Made by a program: the position numbers and the translations under genes
DNA from: a bacterium
Lineage (GTDB): Bacteria > UBA10199 > 2-02-FULL-44-16 > DYJF01
Assembly: GCA_041739675.1 (NCBI GenBank)
Contig: JBGSNL010000083.1
Span: 1 to 37,212 of the forward strand
DNA length: 37,212 nt
Direction of reading: 5' to 3'
Shown: positions 27,317 through 36,117 of the stretch, piece by piece
How the letters are laid out: the number at the start of each line of letters is the position of its first letter
Position numbering within the stretch: position 1 is the stretch's first letter
The notes under the pieces: model-generated
The model's database searches: none
What the model saw: the letters and a program-made list of their open reading frames with translations, nothing else
What the model was told of the DNA's origin: nothing

Positions 27317-28048
27317 ATGCATCATTCGACGCGCGCCATAATTTTGAAAAAGGTGATTTACGGCGAGGCCGATCTCATCGTGACCTTCTTCGGCCGCGAG
27401 GAAGGGCGTCTCACGGGGATGGCAAAGCACGCGCGCGCCTCGCAACGGCGCTTCGGCGGCTCGCTGGAGCTGGGCTCCATAGTCGATCTCCGTTATGTTG
27501 CAAGAAACGCGTCCAACATGGTGCGCATCGAAGACGCGCACATCCATATCCCCACTGTGGGCGTGATGAACTCGCTTTCAAGAATCGGCGCTATGTCCCG
27601 TGCGCTGGAACTTGCACTCGCTTTTGTTCCCGAACGCCAGGCCTCGCCGGAGAAATTCGATCTTCTGGAGGATCATATCGCTTCGATTGCGCGTTCGGAA
27701 CCCACGGCCCAGTCGAGAATCGCCTTCGAACTCAAGTGGCTTTCGCTGGTGGGCTATCAGCCTGCGCTTGAAAATTGCATGGGCTGCGGAAGCGAGGCAA
27801 ACGGGAACGAACATTGGTCTTTTTCTTTGGACCACGGTGGAGTTTACTGCAAAAGCTGCGTCAGGCCCAATTTGCCGGGTGTAGAGCTCAAGAGCCGCGC
27901 CCTTGAGGGGATGCGCCTTCTCTCGAACGGTGGCGAGGCGGTTCTTGCGGAATCGGACAGCCGCGCTATCAGCGGGCTGCTTGCAAATTACGTCCAGTAC
28001 CTGATCGGAAAACCTTTGCCGGGAAGTTTGATCTTCGAGCGTTTTTGA
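27317..28048 (+). CDS. recO: DNA repair protein RecO
   Basis: AIILK...YGEADLIVTFF...G, ARASQRRFGGSLE, GYQPALENCMGC...GGVYCKSC; ATG 27317. Confidence 0.93.
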   Translation: MHHSTRAIILKKVIYGEADLIVTFFGREEGRLTGMAKHARASQRRFGGSLELGSIVDLRYVARNASNMVRIEDAHIHIPTVGVMNSLSRIGAMSRALELALAFVPERQASPEKFDLLEDHIASIARSEPTAQSRIAFELKWLSLVGYQPALENCMGCGSEANGNEHWSFSLDHGGVYCKSCVRPNLPGVELKSRALEGMRLLSNGGEAVLAESDSRAISGLLANYVQYLIGKPLPGSLIFERF

Positions 28049-28049
28049 T

Positions 28050-28925
28050 ATGATTATTCATCATCATCTACATGCCTATGAGGAGGATCGTCCGACACTT
28101 TGGCCCTATCTGGTGGCGTCGATCCTTCTGCATCTGCTCATGTTTGTCTTCTTCCCGTATCACGTCCAGTCCCCGTCGTGGAAAGAGAAGGTCGTCGAAG
28201 TGTTTCCCGTCACAGAGAAGGGCAGCCAGCCCTACGAGATCGCCGACATCGCGAAACCCGCGGTGGAGAAGAGGCCCAAGTCCGCAAGATTTTTGGGGAT
28301 GTACGACAGCTCCGTCGAGCAAGAGACGGTGGCGCGGACTGTGAGGCAGAAATCGGCGGGCTCAGATCAGAAGCGGGAAGCGAGAAAAGAGAAGCAACAG
28401 ACAAAAGAGAAGAGCAAGGAAACGGCAGATGCCGGGAGAATGACGATTGGAAAGAAGAAGTCGCTATACGATGTTGACAGAAAACTCTTTGCCTCGAAGA
28501 CGCCGGATATCGACAGCAGGAGCGGCGAGCTGGGAGGCGCGGCGGAGGCTCTGGCCGATTACTATCCCGATTACCGCATCGGCGCGCGCACGTATCTCAA
28601 CGTTCTTCGCTATCCGGATGTCGAATATTTTGTAAGGATGAAGCGCCAGTTCAAGATGACGTTCAACCCGGTTCCGCCGCTTCGGGCTTATTTTGCCCAA
28701 AACCGCGTGTCGCGCGGTTCGATCGAAGTGGTGCTCGCCGTGAGCGTCAACAGCGGTGGCAACCTCTCCGAACTTTTCGTTCTGAACAGTTCCGGAATTC
28801 CCACCTACGATCAGGAGGCGATGCGCACTATCCGCGCGTCGGCACCGTTCCAGAGTCCGCCCGACAAATTCCTGAAAGACGACGGCCTTCTCCGCATGAG
28901 CTGGACCTTCACCGTTTATCTATAA
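28050..28925 (+). CDS. TonB/TolA C-terminal-domain membrane-anchored protein
   Basis: SILLH TM motif, charged linker, C-terminal NSSG...YDQEAMRTIRASAPF.SPP. Confidence 0.8.
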   Translation: MIIHHHLHAYEEDRPTLWPYLVASILLHLLMFVFFPYHVQSPSWKEKVVEVFPVTEKGSQPYEIADIAKPAVEKRPKSARFLGMYDSSVEQETVARTVRQKSAGSDQKREARKEKQQTKEKSKETADAGRMTIGKKKSLYDVDRKLFASKTPDIDSRSGELGGAAEALADYYPDYRIGARTYLNVLRYPDVEYFVRMKRQFKMTFNPVPPLRAYFAQNRVSRGSIEVVLAVSVNSGGNLSELFVLNSSGIPTYDQEAMRTIRASAPFQSPPDKFLKDDGLLRMSWTFTVYL

Positions 28926-29034
28926 GATGTCCTGATAATTGACGCAGATAAGTAATATTTAACATCATTTTCCACACCTCTTTCTATAAACCTAATCATT
29001 ACGCCTAATTATCGATCCAGCTCTCTTCCGAGTT

Positions 29035-29051
29035 CCGGCACGGAGTTTGCT
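29035..29051 (+). promoter_or_regulatory. sigma54 (-24/-12) promoter
   Basis: CCGGCACGGAGTTTGCT: GG-N10-GC matching YTGGCACG-N4-TTGCW. Confidence 0.7.
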
Positions 29052-29094
29052 TAAAGTATGTGTGGGTTTGGGAAGTCAAAAAAAGGAGGGTTTT

Positions 29095-29709
29095 ATGACA
29101 AGACCGATAAATCAGATATTGAGCAGTTTGTTGCAGGATGCCCGTAGCGTGGGCAATCTTGGCAACATCGAGGGGACAGAATATGTTCCCGTGAATTTGA
29201 GGCAGGCGAGCGTAGTTTCTTTTTCACGTGAGGATTTCGAAGCCTTGCCCGCGGACGAACAACAGGCGCTGGTTCAGGCCGGATACGGGTTCGGCGAGAT
29301 AAGAACTAAAGGGGACGTGATAAGTCCGAATCCGCGGGTGCATGCTGACGCATTCTATGTCGTCAGTAAGCATGAAATAACTGGCGAAGACATATTCTCA
29401 CCTGCCTACGGCTTTTTAACTGAAATGGAGCGCAACAACGTGGCTGCCTACAATGCCAGCGCGCAACTGGCACATGTTGAGAGCGGCGGAGGTACCGCCA
29501 TGGCAGAGGAAATGCCGCTCGACAACCGGATAAAAGCTCACGGTAGAAAAGACGCCGAAACGGGTTACATGGTTCTGAGTGATGACCATGTCAGGATGAT
29601 GGACGTTCCTGAACTCATGAGGCGCGGCTGGTTCAGAATGGATGTCGACGGCGTAGAACAATGGGTGAGGGAGCCCGGGGAGAGCGCCAACGTTTTGCGC
29701 GAAGAATGA
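29095..29709 (+). CDS. Hypothetical protein (204 aa)
   Basis: RBS AAGGAGGG then ATG 29095; own promoter and terminator. Confidence 0.8.
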   Translation: MTRPINQILSSLLQDARSVGNLGNIEGTEYVPVNLRQASVVSFSREDFEALPADEQQALVQAGYGFGEIRTKGDVISPNPRVHADAFYVVSKHEITGEDIFSPAYGFLTEMERNNVAAYNASAQLAHVESGGGTAMAEEMPLDNRIKAHGRKDAETGYMVLSDDHVRMMDVPELMRRGWFRMDVDGVEQWVREPGESANVLREE

Positions 29710-29731
29710 GAATGAATCTTGAAAGAGAATC

Positions 29732-29765
29732 AAAAGGCCCTCGCGAAGAGGGCCTTTTATTTTTT
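29732..29765 (+). terminator. Intrinsic terminator (possibly bidirectional)
   Basis: AAAAGGCCCTC-GCGAA-GAGGGCCTTTT followed by a T-run, between convergent genes. Confidence 0.85.
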
Positions 29766-30834
29766 ACTGTGCGGATACGTATGCGGGGTAGAGCGCCCGG
29801 CCCCTTTCGAAATATTCATTGGGAAGCTCTTCGTCGCCCCGTTTCTCATACAGTTCGCTGATGTTAAAATAGATGAGCGGAAGAGAGGGATCGTAGCTCA
29901 GTGCCGCCATATATTCACCAAGTTTGAAATTGAAGAGTCTGTCGGACATCGCGGCATAGACGCCGTTGTAAAGCGGCTCGTGATACTCCGCCGGCGGGCG
30001 GGCGCCGCGGCTCATTCGATAATTTGCCGCAGCCGCGAGATCGCTCGTCTCCACCCACTCCCTGTGGGGACTGGCAAGGAATGGGGAGGCCCAGGCAAGA
30101 TCCGCCAGCGTGACATCGTCGGGATGGGCGGGGTCAAGATGGAGTGCGACGCACATGTGATCGACGCGGCGGCCCGTGTTGTCCACGGTCACGGCAACGA
30201 AGCGTGCGTCGAGACCGGCGAGGCGGCATAGCTCGACGAAGATCATCGAGAGCTCCGTGCAATCCCCCACGCGTGTCCCGGTCAGCGTCTCTACGACGGA
30301 TGTCTCGGAGGGCGCGTTGCCCAGTGCGCGCGTCACTCCCAGCCCGTTGGAGGCCAGGACGTAATCGGCAAGGGTCTTGGCAAGGGCCCGGTTATATTCT
30401 ACCGAGTCGGAAGATAGCCCGCTCTGAGCGATCTCGTTTTTGATCGATGATATGCGTGAAGAGATTTTTTCGAGAAGAGATGTGTTAAGAGGTCTGGACG
30501 GCAGCTGTTCGGCCAAGAACCATCCGGCCCTGAACGTTGTATTTTGCGAAACAAAACTGGAATAGGGAAACGAATCGAGCGTGAACGACGAGGTCGCGAA
30601 CGCGTTTCTCTCTTCCTCCTGCAGCACGGCAATCGTTCTGCTGAGCACTTCACCCGCTTCAGGGCAGCCGTTTTCTACTGTTTCGGAAATGATCTCGGTG
30701 TGGGGAGGGGATGCAGTAAAGTCGATTTTCGGGACGCCGACATCTATGTCGGCCAAACTGCTGACGCCCGAAGAGATATGCCAGTCGTACAAAGTGGCGG
30801 CGTCGCCCGAAAGTTGTGGACAAGTAGGAGACAT
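29764..30834 (-). CDS. Transglutaminase-like (Cys-His-Asp) domain protein with C-terminal TPR-like segment
   Basis: GDCTELS.IF..LCRLAGL.ARFV, HMCVAL, LADLAW; C-terminal ALSYDP...YFNISELY..RG. Confidence 0.8.
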   Translation of the reverse strand: MSPTCPQLSGDAATLYDWHISSGVSSLADIDVGVPKIDFTASPPHTEIISETVENGCPEAGEVLSRTIAVLQEEERNAFATSSFTLDSFPYSSFVSQNTTFRAGWFLAEQLPSRPLNTSLLEKISSRISSIKNEIAQSGLSSDSVEYNRALAKTLADYVLASNGLGVTRALGNAPSETSVVETLTGTRVGDCTELSMIFVELCRLAGLDARFVAVTVDNTGRRVDHMCVALHLDPAHPDDVTLADLAWASPFLASPHREWVETSDLAAAANYRMSRGARPPAEYHEPLYNGVYAAMSDRLFNFKLGEYMAALSYDPSLPLIYFNISELYEKRGDEELPNEYFERGRALYPAYVSAQ

Positions 30835-30841
30835 TTCTTAC

Positions 30842-30885
30842 CCCGCCCGCCTCGCCTCGCAAGCTCGGCTTGCGTGGCGGGTGGG
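30842..30885 (+). repeat. Palindromic element, copy 3 (44-bp variant, non-coding)
   Basis: CCCGCCCGCCTCGCC-TCGCAAGCTC-GGCTTGCGTGGCGGGTGGG; same arms as copies 1 and 2, shorter centre. Confidence 0.8.
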
Positions 30886-30895
30886 CCTGCCTGTT

Positions 30896-30921
30896 TTTCG
30901 CGCTTTTTCAAAAAAAGTTGC
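30896..30921 (-). promoter_or_regulatory. Putative sigma28-like promoter (weaker -10)
   Basis: Reverse complement GCAACTTT-N11-CGCGAAA; CGA at the same offset as in the 10370 and 17025 copies. Confidence 0.4.
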
Positions 30922-30928
30922 GTGGTTT

Positions 30929-32404
30929 TTAAGCCTTGAGCCTGGGTTCTCTGGCTGCCCGGACCTCGTCCAAACGCCTGCGGAAAGTCTTATGGGGTGC
31001 CTTTTGGACGGTTTCAGGGCTTTCTTTGGACTCTTTTGCGATTTCTATCATGGCGTCGCAGAAGCGGTCGAGCAGGGCCTTGTTCTCGGTTTCAGTGGGT
31101 TCGATCATGATAGAACCGTGGACGATGAGCGGGAAATAGACCGTTGGCGGATGGAAGCCGTAGTCCATCAGCCTCTTGGCGATATCTAATGTTTTCACGC
31201 CGTATTCGTTCTGAATCTTGTCGGAGAAGACGCATTCGTGAAGAACGGGGCAATCATATGGGATGTCGTATGAACCGCGGAGGCGCGCCTTTACGTAGTT
31301 TGCGTTCAAGACCGCGAGACGCGTGGCCGCCATGAGCCCTTCGCCGCCAAGTTCCTTGATATACGTGTACGCCCTGACGAGGACGCCGAAATTTCCAAAA
31401 AATGACTTCACTCTTCCTATCGATTGCTTTCTCTCGAGCGCGAGTTCATATCCGTTCTGATTTTTCACGATGACGGGAACGGGGAGGAAGGGCTCCAGTG
31501 TTTTTCCGACGCCCACGGGGCCCGCGCCGGGGCCGCCGCCGCCGTGCGGCGTGGCGAACGTCTTGTGAAGATTCATATGCATGACGTCGCAGCCGATTTG
31601 TCCGATTCTCACGTATCCCATGAGCGCGTTCAGGTTGGCGCCGTCGCAATAAACCAGCCCGCCTTTCGCGTGAACGATGTCGGCCACTTTTTTGAAGTTC
31701 GTCTCAAAGATCCCAAGCGTGTTGGGATTGGTGATCATTATCGCGGCGACCTCTTCGTCCATGTGTTTTGCAACTTCCTCAGGACCCACCAGCCCGCAGC
31801 CGTCGGACTTGACTACTTCGACCTCGTAGCCGCAGATCGCGGCGGAAGCGGGATTCGTGCCGTGCGCGCTGTCTGGGATCAGAACTTTTTTCCGCGGATA
31901 GCCTTTTGACGTGTGATAGGCGCGGATCATGAGCATGCCCGTGAGCTCCCCGTGCGAGCCGGCGGCGGGCCAAAGAGTTACGGCTTCCATTCCGCAAATA
32001 TCGGCCAGATCTCTCTGAAGATTGAAAAGGAGCTCAAGGTTTCCCTGAACGGTCGAGATATCCTGATACGGATGCGTGTTTGCAAATCCGGTGAGGGTGA
32101 CCGCCTTGTTTGCAATCTTGGGATTGTATTTCATCGTGCACGAGCCCAAGGGATAAAGCCCGATGTCCTTGCTGTAGTTCAATGTAGACAGGCGCGTGAA
32201 ATGGCGCGTGACGTCGACCTCAGAGAGTTCAGGAAGCTCTGCAGGCTTTGATCTGGCAAGGGCGCCGAACACGGATTTCGGATCTACGGCCGGAACGTCG
32301 GAAGGGCCGAAGTTAAAGCCGCAGCGTCCCTCGGCGCTCTGTTCAAAAACGGTGGGCTCTTCGAGTTGCGGCCCGCAGCTTGTATATTTTTCAGTCGTGT
32401 TCAT
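30929..32404 (-). CDS. gcvPB: Glycine dehydrogenase subunit 2
   Basis: YPLGSCTMKYNP, PDSAHGTNPASA, NLHKTFATPHGGGGPG, IEPTETE. Confidence 0.96.
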   Translation of the reverse strand: MNTTEKYTSCGPQLEEPTVFEQSAEGRCGFNFGPSDVPAVDPKSVFGALARSKPAELPELSEVDVTRHFTRLSTLNYSKDIGLYPLGSCTMKYNPKIANKAVTLTGFANTHPYQDISTVQGNLELLFNLQRDLADICGMEAVTLWPAAGSHGELTGMLMIRAYHTSKGYPRKKVLIPDSAHGTNPASAAICGYEVEVVKSDGCGLVGPEEVAKHMDEEVAAIMITNPNTLGIFETNFKKVADIVHAKGGLVYCDGANLNALMGYVRIGQIGCDVMHMNLHKTFATPHGGGGPGAGPVGVGKTLEPFLPVPVIVKNQNGYELALERKQSIGRVKSFFGNFGVLVRAYTYIKELGGEGLMAATRLAVLNANYVKARLRGSYDIPYDCPVLHECVFSDKIQNEYGVKTLDIAKRLMDYGFHPPTVYFPLIVHGSIMIEPTETENKALLDRFCDAMIEIAKESKESPETVQKAPHKTFRRRLDEVRAAREPRLKA

Positions 32405-33750
32405 TTTAAAGCCGTTCCGAGCTTATCGGCGAAACAATCGATCTCTTCTTTTGAATTCATCTCCGTCACGCAGACGAGAATGCAATTCTTGTAAGCGGGA
32501 TACCATTTTCCAAGATCTATGCCGCCGAAAATATTGTCTTTAGCAAGTGAGGTTAAAACCCCACTCGCCGGTTTAGGCAGCTCAAGAACAAATTCATTGA
32601 AGGTCTGTGCATTGAATTTCAGTTTGACGCCGGCAACGGCGGCCAGTTTCTTCTTGGCGTATTCGGCCTTACTCAGATTTATCCGCGCCAGTTCAACTAG
32701 CCCGCACTTTCCCAAAGTTGAAAGATACATTGCGGCGGTCGTGGCGCACAGCGCCAGATTGGAGCAGATGTTCGACGTCGCTTTTTCACGCCTTATGTGT
32801 TGCTCGCGCGTTGACATTGTGAGCACGAATCCGCGGCGCCCCTCCGAGTCGACCGTTTCTCCGCAGATTCTTCCCGGCATATTTCTAAGGAGGGCCTCCC
32901 TTGCGGTGAAGATTCCGACCGAGGGCCCGCCAAAACTGACGGGGATTCCAAACGAAGTTCCTTCGCCAACTGCGATGTCGGCGCCCCACGAGCCGGGTGG
33001 CGAGATAATTGCGAGAGAAGAGGGCTCCGATACGGCAGCGATCATGAGACCGCCGGCCTTGTGAACCAGATCCGAAACGTCTTTCAAATCTTCAACTATG
33101 CCGAAAAAATTCGGATAACCCACAATGACAGCGGAAAGATCGTCATTCAGGCAGTCTTTCAAAGCGGAGCGGTTGAATACGCCGTTCTCGGAAGGCAGAA
33201 CCTTGAGATTGGAATCGTCGTGCCCAAGGACCGTGAAGACGACCTCCCTGTATTCGGGATGGAGATTGTCAGGGAGACAGATCGTTTTTCTCTTTTTCCC
33301 GATGCGCCTTGCCATGAGGCACGCCTCGGCGACACCGGTGGACGCGTCGTAGTTAGATGCGTTCGAGACATCCATGTCGAAGAGCCGGCACATCATCGTC
33401 TGATATTCAAACATCGTCTGCAGAGTGCCCTGGCTTATCTCCGGCTGATAGGGCGTGTATGGAGTTACGAATTCCGCGCGGGAGGAAAGTTCCGTCACCG
33501 CGGCGGGGATGTAATGCCTGTATGTGCCGCCGCCCAGGAAGTAGATGCAATTTTCCGAGTTCTTGTTGCGTCCGGAAAGTTCGTTCAAATGTTTGAGAAG
33601 GGCGGGCTCGGAAAGAGAGGCGCCGATTTTCAGCTGCTCCCTTGCGCGAAGATCTTTTGGTATAGAAGAGAAGAGATCCTCAACGTCGGATGCGCCGATC
33701 ACCTTGAGCATCTCTTTAATTTCGGAGTTGGTATGCGGCAAATATCTCAT
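32401..33750 (-). CDS. gcvPA: Glycine dehydrogenase subunit 1
   Basis: MRYLPHT, TPYTPYQPEISQG, TREQHIRREKATSNICSN. Confidence 0.96.
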   Translation of the reverse strand: MRYLPHTNSEIKEMLKVIGASDVEDLFSSIPKDLRAREQLKIGASLSEPALLKHLNELSGRNKNSENCIYFLGGGTYRHYIPAAVTELSSRAEFVTPYTPYQPEISQGTLQTMFEYQTMMCRLFDMDVSNASNYDASTGVAEACLMARRIGKKRKTICLPDNLHPEYREVVFTVLGHDDSNLKVLPSENGVFNRSALKDCLNDDLSAVIVGYPNFFGIVEDLKDVSDLVHKAGGLMIAAVSEPSSLAIISPPGSWGADIAVGEGTSFGIPVSFGGPSVGIFTAREALLRNMPGRICGETVDSEGRRGFVLTMSTREQHIRREKATSNICSNLALCATTAAMYLSTLGKCGLVELARINLSKAEYAKKKLAAVAGVKLKFNAQTFNEFVLELPKPASGVLTSLAKDNIFGGIDLGKWYPAYKNCILVCVTEMNSKEEIDCFADKLGTALK

Positions 33751-33758
33751 TTTTAAAT

Positions 33759-34148
33759 TTACGCGCTCTCCTCTTTGACGAACGCCTGATACTCGGCGGC
33801 CTTCATGAGCTTTTTGGCCTCATTGGCGTCTTTCATCTCTACTTTGATCATCCAGCCTTCGCCGTAGCAATCTTCGTTGAGCATGGCGGGATTGTCGGCC
33901 AGGTCCTCGTTGACCTCCGAGACCTTGCCCGTGATCGGTGCGTAGCAATCGGAGACCGATTTCACCGATTCCACCACGCCGAAGGTGTCCTCGCGCTTGA
34001 GTTCCTGTCCGATAGAGGGCAGGTCGACGAAGACTATATCGCCCAACTGCTCCTGGGCGTAGTCCGTGACGCCGATCGTCGCCGTCGTCCCCTCGATCTT
34101 GATCCACTCGTGATCTTTCGTGTAGAAAAGGTTGTCCGGAAATTCCAT
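33759..34148 (-). CDS. gcvH: Glycine cleavage H protein
   Basis: YTKDHEW, GVTDYAQEQLGDIVFV, VESVKSVSD lipoyl-Lys. Confidence 0.97.
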   Translation of the reverse strand: MEFPDNLFYTKDHEWIKIEGTTATIGVTDYAQEQLGDIVFVDLPSIGQELKREDTFGVVESVKSVSDCYAPITGKVSEVNEDLADNPAMLNEDCYGEGWMIKVEMKDANEAKKLMKAAEYQAFVKEESA

Positions 34149-34157
34149 AGTTACCCC

Positions 34158-35246
34158 CTAACGTTTGTAAAATGGTGTTTTAACGACTATTGCCTGCCTT
34201 TGGTCACCCCGAATGTCAACGAAAAATTTGGATCCTTCGGCGGAGAGTTCGACGGGAGCGTATCCGATGCCGATCGGTTCCTTCAAGGAGGGGGACATGG
34301 TGCCGCTCGTGACGAATCCCACTTTCTTTCCGTCCGACATTATGGCGCATTCACTTCTTGGAATGCCCTTGTCCACCATCTTGAATCCAACGAGCTTGCG
34401 TTTGAGGCCTGTTTTTTTCACTTCGAGGAGCGCTGCCTTTCCGATGAAGTCTGAAGGTTTGTCCAGTTTCACCACCCAACCAAGACCCGCCTCAAGCGGA
34501 TTTGTCTGATCGGTTATCTCGTGGCCGTAGAGGCTGTATTTCATCTCCATGCGGAGAGTGTCGCGCGCGCCGAGACCCGCGGGCAAGACGCCCTGCGATT
34601 TTCCCCTCTCCAGAAGATCCTGCCAGATTCCCGCCGCCGCTTTGGGCGAACAGAAAATCTCGAAGCCGTCTTCGCCCGTATAGCCGGTGCGCGCCACGAT
34701 TACTGAATCTCGCCCGTTAAATGAACCCTGCTTGAAATGAAACGCGGGAAGATCATTCAAATTGATATCGGTCAGCTCTTTCAGGATCGGGGCGGCCTTC
34801 GGTCCCTGAAACGCGATCAAAGCGAATTCGTCGCTTCTGTTGACTATCTGCACGTTTCCTTTTTTATGCGCGTCCATCCAGTTGAAATCTTTTTCGATGT
34901 TTGAGGCGTTGACCACGAGTATGAATCTCTCCTTGTTGAAGCGGTATACTATGATGTCGTCGACGACGGTTCCGTGCTCGTTCAAAAGGATCGAGTACTG
35001 TGCCTGCCCGTCCAGAAGATTTGAGGCGTTGTTGACCGTGAGATAGTTTATGCAGTCAAGCGCATCCGGCCCAGTGAATTCAACCTGTCCCATGTGCGAG
35101 ACGTCGAAAACGCCCGCGGCAACGCGCACCGCCTGATGCTCATTGATTATGCCGGTGTAGAGAACCGGCATATCCCATCCTCCGAATTCCACCATGCGTC
35201 CGTTCAGACGGATATGTTCTTCGTAGAGCGGGGTTCTCTTCGCCAT
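34158..35246 (-). CDS. gcvT: Aminomethyltransferase
   Basis: KRTPLY, FDVSHMG, RTGYTGEDGFE, GLGARDTLRME. Confidence 0.97.
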   Translation of the reverse strand: MAKRTPLYEEHIRLNGRMVEFGGWDMPVLYTGIINEHQAVRVAAGVFDVSHMGQVEFTGPDALDCINYLTVNNASNLLDGQAQYSILLNEHGTVVDDIIVYRFNKERFILVVNASNIEKDFNWMDAHKKGNVQIVNRSDEFALIAFQGPKAAPILKELTDINLNDLPAFHFKQGSFNGRDSVIVARTGYTGEDGFEIFCSPKAAAGIWQDLLERGKSQGVLPAGLGARDTLRMEMKYSLYGHEITDQTNPLEAGLGWVVKLDKPSDFIGKAALLEVKKTGLKRKLVGFKMVDKGIPRSECAIMSDGKKVGFVTSGTMSPSLKEPIGIGYAPVELSAEGSKFFVDIRGDQRQAIVVKTPFYKR

Positions 35247-35250
35247 TTCT

Positions 35251-36117
35251 TTATCCTTTCGTTAGGCCAACGCATTCAAAACACATTTTTGCCGATTCCA
35301 CCGTGTTCTTCATCAGCATCGCGATCGTCATGGGGCCCACACCGCCCGGAACCGGAGTTATCGCCGATGCGCGCTTCGAGGCCTCCTCGAACTCCACGTC
35401 GCCCACAAGCGTGCCGTCCCCGGTGCGGTTGATTCCCACATCGATGACGACCGCTCCTTGCTTGATCCAATCCCCCTTGATGAAATGGGGAGAGCCGACG
35501 GCGGCGACGAGCACATCCGCCGATCTCACTACGTCAGCAAGATTTTGTGTGCGGGAATGGCAGATCGTTACAGTGGCGTGGCGCTCAAGAAGAAGAAGTG
35601 CCACGGGTTTACCGACAATCTTGCTTCTTCCCACGACGACCGCGTTTTTTCCGGAGAGCTTATACCCGATAGAGTCGATGAGCGTCATTATCCCCATCGG
35701 AGTGCAAGGGCGGAGCGCGGGCAGGCCGCTCACTAACCTTCCCATGTTGACGGGATGAAAACCGTCGACGTCCTTTGCGGGATCTATCTTTTCGAGGATC
35801 GCCATCTCGTCGAGCGTCGATGGCAGCGGCAGCTGAACAAGTATTCCGTTCACGTTTCTGTCCGCGTTGAGCTTTGCGATCAGTTCTTCCAACTCTTTTT
35901 GCGATGCCGTCTCTGGCAGATTGAAATCGAAACTCTTGATCCCCACTTCCTCGCACGCCTTGCGTTTATTTTTTACATAGACCTTCGATGCCTGATTTTC
36001 GCCCACCAGCACAACCGCGAGCCCGGGTGTTATGCCGTTTTCATGGAGGAGTGCGACTTCGTCCGCCAGAAGTTTTTTTATCTCCTGAGCCAGTTTTTTT
36101 CCATCCAGGATTTTCAA
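35251..36117 (-). CDS. folD: Methylenetetrahydrofolate dehydrogenase/cyclohydrolase
   Basis: [45 protein letters not shown]. Confidence 0.97.
   Translation of the reverse strand: MKILDGKKLAQEIKKLLADEVALLHENGITPGLAVVLVGENQASKVYVKNKRKACEEVGIKSFDFNLPETASQKELEELIAKLNADRNVNGILVQLPLPSTLDEMAILEKIDPAKDVDGFHPVNMGRLVSGLPALRPCTPMGIMTLIDSIGYKLSGKNAVVVGRSKIVGKPVALLLLERHATVTICHSRTQNLADVVRSADVLVAAVGSPHFIKGDWIKQGAVVIDVGINRTGDGTLVGDVEFEEASKRASAITPVPGGVGPMTIAMLMKNTVESAKMCFECVGLTKG

Noticed and set aside
27199..27771. 190-aa ORF overlapping recO
   Set aside because: Arises from the repeat element plus an alternative frame of recO; no protein-like features.
35240..35260. Glycine riboswitch before gcvT
   Set aside because: Only 4 nt separate folD and gcvT.
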